Positions 1 through 10,577 of a DNA stretch of 64,000 bases are shown here, piece by piece. How positions within the stretch are numbered: position 1 is the stretch's first letter; each line of letters begins with the position of its first letter. Location: positions 15,190,001-15,254,000 of the forward strand of contig CM060732.1 in NCBI GenBank assembly GCA_030704615.1, in the 5' to 3' direction. The DNA is from Takakia lepidozioides. Taxonomy: Eukaryota; Plantae; Bryophyta. The position numbers and the translations under genes are program-made. The notes under the pieces were generated by a model. That model saw nothing but the letters and a program-made list of their open reading frames with translations, had not been told where the DNA came from and searched no databases.

Positions 1-151
1 TGAGCTGCCACGTAAGTGTGCATTGAAGCTCAAAGAGATGTCTTATGTGGGCGATTTTCAGATTAAAAAAAATGACATGGTGTGCTCAAACAGTGTGCGT
101 TGACGCACACTGCTGGAGCTGCCTTGAGATGCCCTATGTGGCCGATTTTCG

Positions 152-185
<34 letters not shown>

Positions 186-1570
186 TGCTTGCAACAGTGT
201 GCGTTGACGCACACTGTTTGAGCTGCCACGTAAGTCTGCATTGAACCTCAAATACATGCCCTACGTGGCCGATTTTCACATGAAAAAAATAAAGACATGT
301 TGGGGTCAAAAAGTGTGCGTTGACGCACACTGTTTGAGCTGCCACGTAAGTGTGTATTGAGGCTCAAAGAGATGCCCTAGGTGGCCGATTTTCATATAAA
401 AAAAAACAACGACATGGTGGGCTGGAACAGTGTGCGTTGACGCACACTGTTTGAGCTGCCAGGTAAGTCTGCATTGAACCTCAAATACATGCCCTATGTG
501 GCCAATTTTCACATGAAAAAAACAATGACAAGTTGGGCTTAAACAGTGTGCGTTGACGCACACTATTTGAGCTGCCACGTAAGTGTGCATTGAAGCTCAA
601 AGAGATGCCTTATGTGGCCGATTTTCAGATTAAAAAAATTATGACATGGTGTGCTCAAACAGTGTGCGTTGACGCACACTGCTGGAGCTGCCTTGAGATG
701 CCCTATGTGGCCGATTTTCAAAAAAATAATAATAAAAATAAAATAAAAAATGGATGCCTGCATTAGAGTGCGTTGACGCACACTGTTTGAGCTGCCACGT
801 AAGTATGCATTGAACCTCAAATACATGCCCTATGTGGCCGATTTTCACATGAAAAAAATAAAGACATGTTGGGGTCAAACAGTGTGCGTTGATGCACACT
901 GTTTGAGCTGTCACGTAAGTGCGTATTGAGGCTCAAAGAGATGCCCTATGTGGCCGATTTTCATATATAAAAAAACAATGACATGGTGGGCTGGAACAGT
1001 GTGCGTTGACGCACACTGTTTGAGCTGCCAGGTAAGTCTGCATTGAACCTCAAATACATGCCCTATGTGACCAATTTTCACATGAAAAAAACAATGACAA
1101 GTTGGGCTCAAACAGTGTGCGTTGACGCACACTATTTGAGCTGCCACGTAAGTGTGCATTGAAGCTCAAAGAGATGTCTTATGTGGCCGATTTTCAGATT
1201 AAAAATATAATGACATGGTGGGCTCAAACAGTGTGCATTGACGCACGCTGCTGGAGCTACCATGTAAGTGTTTATTGAAGCTCAAAGAGATGCCCTATGT
1301 GGCCGATTTTCACATGAAAAAAAACAATGACAAGGTGGGCTCAAATAGTGTGCGTTCACGCACACTGCTGGAGCTGCCAGGTAAGTGTGCATTGAACAAC
1401 AAAGAGATGCCCTATGAGACCGATTTCCAAATGAAAAAAAGAATGACAAGGTGGGCTCAAACAGTGTGCGTTGACACACACTGCTAGAGCTGCCAGGTAA
1501 GTGTGCATTGAAGCTCAAAGAGATACCCTATGAGGCCGATTCCAAATGAAAAAAACAATGACAAGGTGCA
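1..1570. repeat. Palindrome array of Mutator-like family A (116-117 bp monomers, ~569-bp five-monomer higher-order unit)
   Basis: 13 copies of CAGTGTGCGT-TG-ACGCACACTG start at 91, 195, 311, 428, 544, 660, 764, 880, 997, 1113, 1229, 1346 and 1462. Blocks 1-568 and 569-1137 repeat each other. The array runs off the left edge of the window. Confidence 0.95.
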
Positions 1571-2049
1571 CAACACAACCTCATTACATTCGGGGTCTTC
1601 CTGTTTACTGCTCTCTAGGGTTGTTGTCGTCTTTCCATAATTGATGGTTTCATGTCATGTTTAGGGTTTGTTTTTCATCCAAATACAACACGGCTTCTTG
1701 TGGCTTCTTGTCACCCTAAACAGTTTTTCTGGTTGGTGTCTCTCAGTGTGGTTGTCTGCGAAGTTCGGTGCATGTCATTCCTACATCATTTGCAGGCATC
1801 GCCCACAGTCTTTGGGTTAGTGCTAACCTTATTGACCTCAGTTTGTTTGTGGTGGATCCCCTTTCGAGAATTACGGGCTATCAGTTCGGGGATTCCGTTG
1901 TGAATCGCAATTTTTGGTCAGTGGAGGAAAACATGTCGAGGGAGTAAGATAGACTCGCTCGATTTCATTCCAATGCAGGTAGTCTTCCACTGACTACCAC
2001 TACAGACGACAATGGGTTTGCAGTTGTTCATGAGGATGAGCTGGTTACA

Positions 2050-3142
2050 GTGTTCCCGCTGGAATTGGGTTATCTGCTTGTTCAAAAAGAGGTGTATGAC
2101 GAGGATGGGAATTTGGATTCTGGGCACTTGGAGAAACCATTGGTTGGCGAGTGTGGAAGGAAGTGGAGAGTCCTTCCAGGCACATCCTATGTCCTTGGAA
2201 AAGAGAGAAGACAATCAGCAGGATCAGTAGTTACCCCTGGCACTGCAGCATCAGTCGTGCAGCAGAAGGGCACAGTTCATGTGAAACAAGAGGTGAGCAC
2301 ATCCACTACATTCGTGACTCTTTCAGACTCATCCTCGGAGGATGTTTCTGAGATTCCTCCGCCAGTGCACACTCCCATCTTGGATGATGACGAATTGCAG
2401 GAGATAACGAGTGTCATTCCGAAATTGAAAGCCCTCGCAGGGGTGCTTGGGTGCAAGAGCGAGTTGCGTTTTGTTGATTGGGAGTCCCTTCATGTGCAGC
2501 GGGTTCAATACGTGCCAACAAAGTTTGATGGGGACATCTTGTTTGAGCTCAACCCTCCCACGTCTTCCAGTGGACTGGCTAGGCTTCTGCAAGGCATGGA
2601 CAAGAAACATGACGGACACCCTTGGTGCATGACAAAAACATCGAACATCCACAACGACATTGGATTGAAATTTCGAAGGTCGGTTTGCGTTGGGCATTGC
2701 AAGTGCGTGAATATTTCTTGCCCTCGGCTGAGAAACAGCGCTAATCGGCTGATGACGAATCGGGTGCAAATCACAAATGCAAGATGGAATCGGCTATTTT
2801 GCAGGCTCGGGTGACTCGTATCACCGAAGTCCCTGCCCCGGGTATGGACGGATTTACACAGTGCTGTCTATTGGCTCAATTTTTCATGGCAAAGAATATC
2901 AGGTTACCGTGGGGAATTTCCCTAAATGCACTTGTCCGGATTTTGTAACGATGCGTGAGGGCGCCCTCGGCATGAGAGGGAAGTGGATCCTCTGCAAGCA
3001 TCAATATTACATATATCTTGTAATTATGTGTTGCGACGGTAAGAGAGACCAATTCATTCACCAAGCCACACTAGGCTACGGAGAAGTCATCACCCTTCTG
3101 CAGCGGGACACCTCACGTGGGGCTCCGCCAAATTCTCTTTGA
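2050..3142 (+). pseudogene. MULE-type transposase remnant: first half of GCM-like domain joined to the SWIM finger, DDE core deleted
   Basis: GMDKKHDGHPWCMTKTSN..RRSVCVGHCKCVNISC matches the copy at 45564-45908. After a junction near 2740 it continues PCPGYGRIY..YQVTVGNFPKCTCPDF..LCKHQYYIY (SWIM pattern CxC...CxH). Confidence 0.8.
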
Positions 3143-3832
3143 ACACATACGAGCCATGCCCGCTTCCCATGCTGGTTTCCAGGTTACCGTGTGAAGACTT
3201 TGCATTTATGACAAACACATACATTTCGTTCATGGAACCAGGGCAAATGCACATGCCATTCATTGTAAGCGTCTATCTGTGAATTCAAATAAAGTGTGTC
3301 AATCATTCTGAGCTCAAATCTGCCATATTTTCATATTCCTCTTTTTGTGCAGGCATTGCAGACACGGTGCATGGTGGCCCCCTTTGTTTTGTCCACGGTA
3401 ATAGGCCCTCTTCCTGCAATCCTCGCCTATAGGACCTGCTTCTCCAGCAGATTTGTGCCGCTCACGCTTCCCTGAAGTGTGAGCTCAGCTCACGCTTTGC
3501 AGCTTCAACGTGAGCTCAGCTCCCAGGCTCACGGGGCTGGGCTCACGCCGTAGCTACGCTGAGAATGACATGCACAAGCAGCCTTCTCAAGAGCTGCCGG
3601 CTTTGCACACGCATTGCAAACTATCTAAGGTTCACTCAACCGGTAACATAAAACACGATGAACAAATGAACACGAATTCCATAAGACGGGAAAACAGGGT
3701 GAAATGTTTTGAAGGCACTTCATCTGCTCAGACAATCTTCTCAGCTCAGCATGGATTTCCTTAATTTTTAACCACTCTGACCTTGATCATTCTTCTCAAC
3801 AGCTCCTGCTTTTGCGATGCAACCATATGCTT

Positions 3833-4150
3833 CTAGCGATGCCAGACTGAAGATGCGAAAACAAACCAAAAAACGAAGTAAACAACAAAGCGAAAGCGGA
3901 AGTGGCTTGCCTGGGAGTACTCGGCTTCAGTTGGCGCGGGTTGTGAGCAAGACACTGGAATCTCCTGCTGGAGCTTAAGTTTGGCCATGCGAGAGGTTGG
4001 CCGTCGCCCGTAGTACAAAGCCTTCAACTTCCGCCGCGGTCTGGATGTGGGGTCTCTCTTAGGAGAGCCACGCCCTTCACGCGGCATAAGTCCCAACAAA
4101 AGAAAAAAGATCTCAGTATTTTTGCGTACATGCCTCGAATAGAACTTCAT
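3833..4150 (-). pseudogene. First exon remnant of the divergent accessory gene of family B
   Basis: RPRRKLKALYYGRRPTSRMAKLKLQQEIPVS aligns with RHRRKLRKLYFGRRPMPKGRKQMRLQEEIAIS at 49720-49860. Both lie in the same position and orientation relative to the array. Confidence 0.7.
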
Positions 4151-4294
4151 CCAAGTTTAGCATTAGGTTTCCAAGACGTATCGAGGAAGCAAGCGCGGAA
4201 TCCCTGTGTCGCCATCACGAATCAAAACCGACGGCGGAGGACATTTAATGCCCAACTACGCAATTAAATGTTGAATGAAGTATGACGCAACGAA

Positions 4295-5365
4295 GTCCTC
4301 GGCGCCGAATTTCCATCCGCCAGGTAAGTCGGAGCGCCGAATTCCCGTCATGCAGGTAAATCGAAGAGCGGATGGATAGAAATCCGGCGCCGAATTTCCA
4401 TCCGCCAGGTAACTCGGAGCGCCGAATTTCCGTCATGCAGGTAATTCGGAGAGCGGATGGATGGAAATCCGGCGCCGAATTTCCATCCTGCAAGTAACTC
4501 GGAGTGCGGATGGATGGAAATCCGGCGCCGAATTTCCGTCCGCCAGGTAAGTCGGACGCCGTCTTTCCGTCATGCAGGTAATTCGGAGAGCGGATAGATG
4601 GAAATCCGGCGCCGAATTTCCGTCCGCCAGGTAAGTCGGAGCGCCGTCTTCCGTCATGCAGGTAATTCGGAGAGCGGATGGATGGAAATCCGGCGCCAAA
4701 TTTTCCATCCTGCAGGTAACTCGGAGTGCGGATGGATGGAAATCCGGCGCCGAATTTCCGTCATGCAGGTAATTCGGAGCGCGGTCGGATGGAAATCCGG
4801 CGCCGGATTTCCATCAAGCAGGTAACTCGGAGCGCGGCCGGATGGAAATTCGGCGCCGAATTACCATCCTGCACGTAATTCTGAGAGTGGCCGCTTGGTT
4901 TTTTGGTCTAAAAAGACACTAAACCTTAAGTTTGGTGGCTGAAGTCCACTTTTAGACACGTTTTTCAGGGAAATCTCGACTGGTAGAGAGAAATTCCTTG
5001 CTTCTTTTCCATCCCTCTTAGTTCCTACATGGAAATTCGTTGCCGAAATTCCATCTGGCCGCGATTGCGATTACATGCCGAATGGAAATTCGCCGCCGAT
5101 TTTCCATCCCCGCCGCCCGAGTCGACTTTATCCCGGCACCCCCTGTTGGATATTCGGTGCCGAATTTCCGTCCGGGGGTTGTAATGTGACGGCCAGGTGC
5201 CGGCCTCTCCCCCCGAGCCGACTGCATCCGAACGGCCCCGGATGTAAATTCGGCGCCGTTTTTCCATCCGGGGAGGATTTTATGTCGACCACTTTTTGGC
5301 CTGACCCCCCGACACGACTTCGTTTGGGGGGGGCCGGATGGAAATTCGGCGCCGAATTTCCATCC
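4295..5365. repeat. Palindrome array of family B, GGAAAT(T/C)CGG-CG-CCGAATTTCC
   Basis: Copies start at 4378, 4463, 4516, 4600, 4684, 4738, 4791, 4844 and at 5031, 5084, 5148, 5244, 5340, with half-site copies in between. Confidence 0.95.
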
Positions 5366-5379
5366 GTTTGAGCTCAAGA

Positions 5380-8025
5380 GAAGGTTCCGAACTCCATATT
5401 TAAGTGTGCGCATTGCAAAAAACCACCACACTGCATGTCTGTTTGTAATGCCAAGCAGTTCTATGTGTTGCACCGTTTCCCTGACCTCACCCGAGCTTGC
5501 ATACACGTTGGTTCCCATTGTCACAAATTGGCGACGGGGAACTCGCGGGAGGCTGCCCATGAGGCAGAGCAGCTCGTTCAGGAGGAGGTTAAGTTGAGAC
5601 CGGGTGCCAAACCCAAACAGATACAGCTCCAAGCCGCCCATAAGATGGCATTGGCCAGAATTATGTCGGAAGACGGCTCCGATAGAGTTCCTCTCGATGA
5701 CAAGGAAATGGAGGCATTGCTGGAGTCGGTGTCCCACGTCTGTTCACCGAATGTCCGAAACCACATTGTCTCATGCAAACAGAAAATTGGGCGTGGCTCG
5801 GATATGCACTCCATTCTGGAGGTGAAGCGACGATGTGGATATGACTACATTCCTAGAAGTAGGTTTCTAGGACAAGGGACTGAGGCAGATCGTTGTTTTG
5901 TATTCAAAATGTCCACGTGTGGACCTGGCAGCGGCGTCCAACTGGTCGACAGGATGACGAGTGGGGACTTGTCAAATAGTTGGGTCATGTTCGACCATAT
6001 CAAGCAAATTACAAATCACCAGTGGGTGACAATGGGTGCACATGTCTACGACACCCACTGCAGGATGCTAATGACAATTGCTATTTGTGAGATGAAAGAA
6101 GAGGACACACAATCAGAGATGCTTCTTTGGCAGGGAATAAACGAACAGATGGCCAAGGCGGGATTGCCCCCTCCCAATTTCCGTGGTTTCATGGCGGACA
6201 ACGCACAACCGAAAGGTGTATGGGGAAGATCCCAATGTTCCGAAGGAAGGCAAGGAGAGATCTTGTGGGTTCCATTTTCTGCAGAGCTTGTCGCAGTACA
6301 CAACCCGGCTCGTGGCGCCAGATTTCAGAGAGGAGCACCGTTCCATGTGTCTTGCGTGGAAGCGCGCTCCCACCTTGGATGATGCAGAAACACAGTTTGC
6401 ATGTATACAGGCTCGGTGGACATCGTCAGGTGCTGTAAGGAAATCAGACGAGGGAGCAATGGTCAGTTGGCTAGCATGGTGGCATTATCGTTTCCTCCAG
6501 TTCGGCGACTATATGCGGGAGGTGAGTTGCACGAATTCGCGTCCCGTTGAATATTATTCTTGGCATTATTTGTAACTTGCTTCTAACCTCAACATGTGCT
6601 TGTGCAGGAAATGTGTCTCGACTCCGACACCGACATGCCCACGACAAACATGGCCGAATCGGTGCATTCTTCCTGGCGTGCCTCCTCTGCGGCTCATCTA
6701 GTGGACATCCTCACTGCCACAACGGAGGACATTGTGAGGTCAATTATGCAGCAATGCAGGTACAACGAGTTCTTGAAAGAGAAACAATGGGGCTTGGGTC
6801 CAGACAGGCAGGAAATGCTGATGCGGACTGCCTCCAGATCGAAGAATCCTTGGAAGTGGGCGGCGGCCTTGCGAGAGGGCCTTCGGGACACGCCATTGCT
6901 TTGAAGAGGCCAACATTTGGAAGGAGATGTTCATACCCGTCCAGTGAGACGAAGACTTGACGAGGCACCTGGCGGGGAAGAGGATTCATGGCGAGCTGAC
7001 AAGAATATTCGCACGCTCCCTCGTGGTCCTGTGATGTTGCCCGAGGAGGTCTCGTCGAGCACCGCAAGTCCTGCACATTCAAGATCGCCATCTCCTTTTA
7101 GCACAGGGCACGTGCCCGGGCAACATAACGAGCCATCTATAGTAAAGCAGTACAACATTCCCATTGTGGAGACAAGAGTGTCGGAGTCACAGTGGAGAAT
7201 TGCAAGGACATTGTCGGTATTTTGAGGGAAGTGCTGCGCCATCCGGGTGGATACGAGAGCACGTTGTGGTGAGATGATTCGGAGGAACCCACACGGTGCT
7301 GTACCTGCACCTTGTTTCAGCGACATATTTTTTACTCCCACATTTGCTCACGCCACAACGCAGACATTTTGGTTCTGTAGGCACGACATAATGACCTGTG
7401 TATTTGGCAAGCCCAAGTACGGGATTCAGGGAATGCCGGAGCCTCCGGGCGTCTGGCCTGTTGCACCGGGTTGCAGCCTTTCTCAGAATGAGGCGGATGC
7501 TCTATCTGCAACAAGATTTCGAATGCTGCAACGCACAGACGTCCCGGCCCACACATTTCCAGTTCCTCAGACCCAGCCATTACAGACTGCTCGGTCCAGT
7601 AGAGACGGATTGGACAATTCTGCACATCCCACAATGCGATTCGGAATAGTAAAGAGACGACACCCTCCCAACAAGTTGAATGAGACTCGGATTGCCAATG
7701 CTCTTGGGATGGCTTGCACTATTCAGAGCTCCGTGGACGTACCTCCACCCGGCCTTGGGCGTGTTATCGGATGGCAACGGCCGGCTCGGCTGTACGCGAC
7801 GATGTATACACAATTACGATTGGAGTGAAGCTGACTTGCAATTGTACGGACTTCTCGTTGATGGAAGCAAAGAAGGGTTCAAAGTATTATCCGTGCAAGC
7901 ATCTGTATTACATTTACCTGAAGAGGTTGAGGATGAACGTGACTATTGATGACTTTATTCATGCACCGGCGTTGAGCGTGAACGAGCTGCACAAACTCCT
8001 CCTTAGGGATTCCAGAAATCATTGA
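5380..8025 (+). pseudogene. MULE (Mutator) DDE transposase, 5'-deleted and frameshifted, with an intron at 6522-6607
   Basis: Motifs in order: FKCAHCKKPPHC..C..RACIHVGSHCH (GCM/WRKY-like second half); WVMFDH (D1, ~5993); GFMADNA (D2, ~6197); ERSCGFHF (MULE CxxH); PTTNMAESVH (E); TCNCTDF..PCKHLYYIY (SWIM). The GT-AG intron position is shared with family C. Confidence 0.88.
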
Positions 8026-8179
8026 TGGGGCAAAGAGAATCCTCCATATGGATATTTTCAATTGCATTTTCATGTATCAGTTTTTTTTTTGCAGTGTAAT
8101 GAAATGCACCCCAAAACTCCTGGAATGAGGCAATATTCCATTCAAACTGAGATCCAACAGAAGCAGTTGTGGGGCCATT

Positions 8180-8822
8180 TCTGGAAAAATGGCGCCGAAT
8201 TTCTCTATTTTGGGCCGAAAACTGGCTAAGTCCCAACATGCACTGGTACCCCTGTGTCTGGAAAAATGGCTCCGAATTTCCCTATTTTGGGCCGAAATCT
8301 GGCTAAGTCCGAACATGCACGGGAACGATGTCTGGAAAAATGGCGCCGAATTTCCAGTTACATGGCCTAGAACTACCCAACATCTATGCAATCCCCGGCA
8401 CTATGTACCGAAATTCGGCGCCACATTTCCAAATTTTGGGCTTACACACCTGTCATGAGGGGACCTATAGCCGCGGAATTCGGCACCATTTTTCGTCAGA
8501 GAGACCTATTACCGCGAAATACGTCGCGGTTTTTTCCGGTTACGGACCCTATTACCGCGAAATTTGGCGCCATTTTTGCACATGTCGCTGGGAATTGGCA
8601 TGAGCGGAAGACGAAATATCATGAGCACAACTCTCAAAACTACAATTTTCCCTTCAAGGTGCCAAATAATATATTTGTTTTTTCTGACACATTGCATTAA
8701 ATTAATGTTTTATAATGTTTTTTATTCTCGAAATTTGTACTTCTGCTCATGAAAACCGATTGTCTTGCTACTCCGCTCATGCCGCTCATGCCGCTCATGC
8801 TCATGAAATAGCTAACCTCCCT
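8180..8822. repeat. Subterminal family-B palindromes and terminal (GCTCATGCC)n block
   Basis: Degenerate GGAAAAATGGCGCCGAATTTCC copies lie at about 8183, 8260, 8335, 8410, 8475 and 8558. Tandem GCTCATG units at 8745-8806 end in AACCTCCC. Confidence 0.75.
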
Positions 8823-9466
8823 GGGTTTCTTTCGAGCTTCAATGCACCCTTGGCTATACTAGAAGTCTCCGTTACCATATAACCATATGGCAAACAAGTC
8901 TGGAAAGCTGTTCTTGGTGTGAGTTTGATCCACAGAATATCCTTTGGAATCCAATTCTTTACCAGTACAAGCTCCTCATGCATATGAGTATAAACATTCA
9001 CCTTCCTTTCCTCTCAGCCTTCAAACTCTACTCGCTTAATGGATAGCAATGCTATCACATAAACCAGTGTTGGTAACCAACGTGCTCTTCCTTTACAGGC
9101 CACCTGATAAATCTTTATCACTCCTTTCTCTAGACCCCACTCAGGGTCAACATCATGCACTCTCTTAAGAATGTTTTCTTTACAACCGTCTGGCAATTCC
9201 AAGAACCTCTGAAAGAATTGTTTGGACAATCTTTCTTTCTCAGTTCCACAGGGAATTTGATTCACATCAAATTCGTTAATTCTCCAACCACCATGATCCC
9301 ACCAGATGCCTGTCACATCTGGTTGTTCATGACCCAGTTCCTCAGTATGGTCGCCAAATGTCGAGCGGCTTTTACTCACCCATCCCTTCGCTATCCGAGG
9401 TGGAAACTCCAAGATAGAAGAGTTGGATATCTCTAAGCACTCAGCCCGCTCAGAACAATCAGTCAT
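8823..9466 (-). pseudogene. G1 5' extra ORF (ORF0), unknown function; one internal stop
   Basis: ORFs 9014-9466 and 8801-9001 are one frame split by a TGA where other copies have TGG. The same protein is encoded at 11546-12241, 24190-24450 and 42005-42701. Confidence 0.65.
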
Positions 9467-10400
9467 GACCTGCAGCTAGTGAATCATGGTTGTGCTTCCT
9501 ATTTGTATTCCTTCTTGCCTTCATGTTATCAATTTACCTTACCGTGTATACTGAATCATCAGATTGCTTCAGTATCTACTAAGTTCCAATTAATCATGCA
9601 TTCATTCCGCAACTTCTCTCGTGTCTCTCTACACAGTATGTTTGTATCGATTCAGTATCGGATTAAGATTAATCATGTATCATGCCTATGCCATGGTGTC
9701 TCTAATCTACCCTACTGTATAATTTTACAGCTTGCATGAATTAAGCCTCAATCAAGTCATCATCTCATCTTCACTGTTTCCGCTCTCCGTTACGTCTCCT
9801 CCTTTCCTAAACAAGTCGCCCTCCTCAAGAAGTGATCCCCTTCCTATTGCCGCTCTGCCTAATCTACCCGCAAGCTGTTCTAACCACCTAACTAACTAAC
9901 CGTCACCCCTGAAGTAACATGTTCCCTCTGCAGATGTCGTTCCCACACAGTCGTTCCCTGTCAATGATAACTGTTCCCCATGTACTGTGACAGGCTGTGT
10001 CAAGCTGTGCCGAGCTGTGACTGGCTATGTAAAGTTGTGTCGGGCTGTGACTGGCTGTGGGAAGCTGTGTCGGGCTGTGTGAAGCTGTGTCGGGCTGTGA
10101 CTGGCTGTGCGAAGCTGTGCCGGGTTGTGTCTGGCTGTGATAGACTGTGACGGGCTGTGTAAAGCTGTGTCGGGCTGTGACTGGTTGTGTGAAGCTGTGT
10201 TGGGCTGTGACTGGCTGTGCGAAGCTGTGTCGGGCTGTGTAGAGCTGTGTCTGGATGTGATAGACTGTGACGAGCTGTCTAAACCCCCTAAAGCCTGCGC
10301 CTGCCACCCCTAAGGTTCCTGTTGATCTCAGTCTGTGCAAAAATTAAGGGTACCCCACAGAACCCGTAAAAACGTCTAAGTCCCAAACGGCCCTCTAACA
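8823..10400 (-). mobile_element. Gypsy family G1 5' part: LTR 9359-10400, PBS and 5' extra ORF; cut off by Mutator element B
   Basis: On the minus strand the LTR reads TGTTAGAGGG...GCTCGACA and is followed by TTTGGCGACCATACTG. It is homologous to 42594-43505. Confidence 0.88.
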
Positions 10401-10577
10401 GTGCGTAGGAGCTACAAGATATCCACCATTGAATTTGTAACCGCGTCTGCGGGTGTGGAAGTAAACACGTCGGCATCTACCTCATGTGCATTGTCATCCT
10501 CCGTGGTGTTTGCGCGCGTGCGCGGAGGTGCGGAGTTTGCTCGTCTGCTGCCAACCACCATGCAGTCCTCATCCTCC

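Larger units (their letters stand above)
1..3300 (+). mobile_element. Mutator-like element family A, internally deleted; both ends uncertain
   Basis: A palindrome array followed by a transposase remnant homologous to the family B and C transposases. Confidence 0.7.
3833..8822 (+). mobile_element. Mutator-like element family B (left end not defined; right terminus near 8822, abutting G1 gypsy sequence)
   Basis: Contains the divergent exon, the palindrome array, a DDE+SWIM transposase and subterminal palindromes. The terminal motif ...GCTCATGAAATAGCTAACCTCCC is directly followed by G1 retroelement sequence. Confidence 0.8.

Noticed and set aside
152-183. Poly(A) tail of a retroposed copy
   Set aside because: It is the expanded A-tract of an array monomer, and the equivalent tract is at ~720-750.
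3458-3550. Terminus of family A (GCTCAC repeats)
   Set aside because: It resembles the GCTCAT terminal blocks but lacks the AACCTCCC end, so it cannot be assigned.
9903-10340. Ser/His/Thr/Gln-rich proteins (also at 10107, 32535, 43197, 57743)
   Set aside because: These are translations of degenerate CACAG/CTGTG repeats in G1 LTRs and 3' regions.
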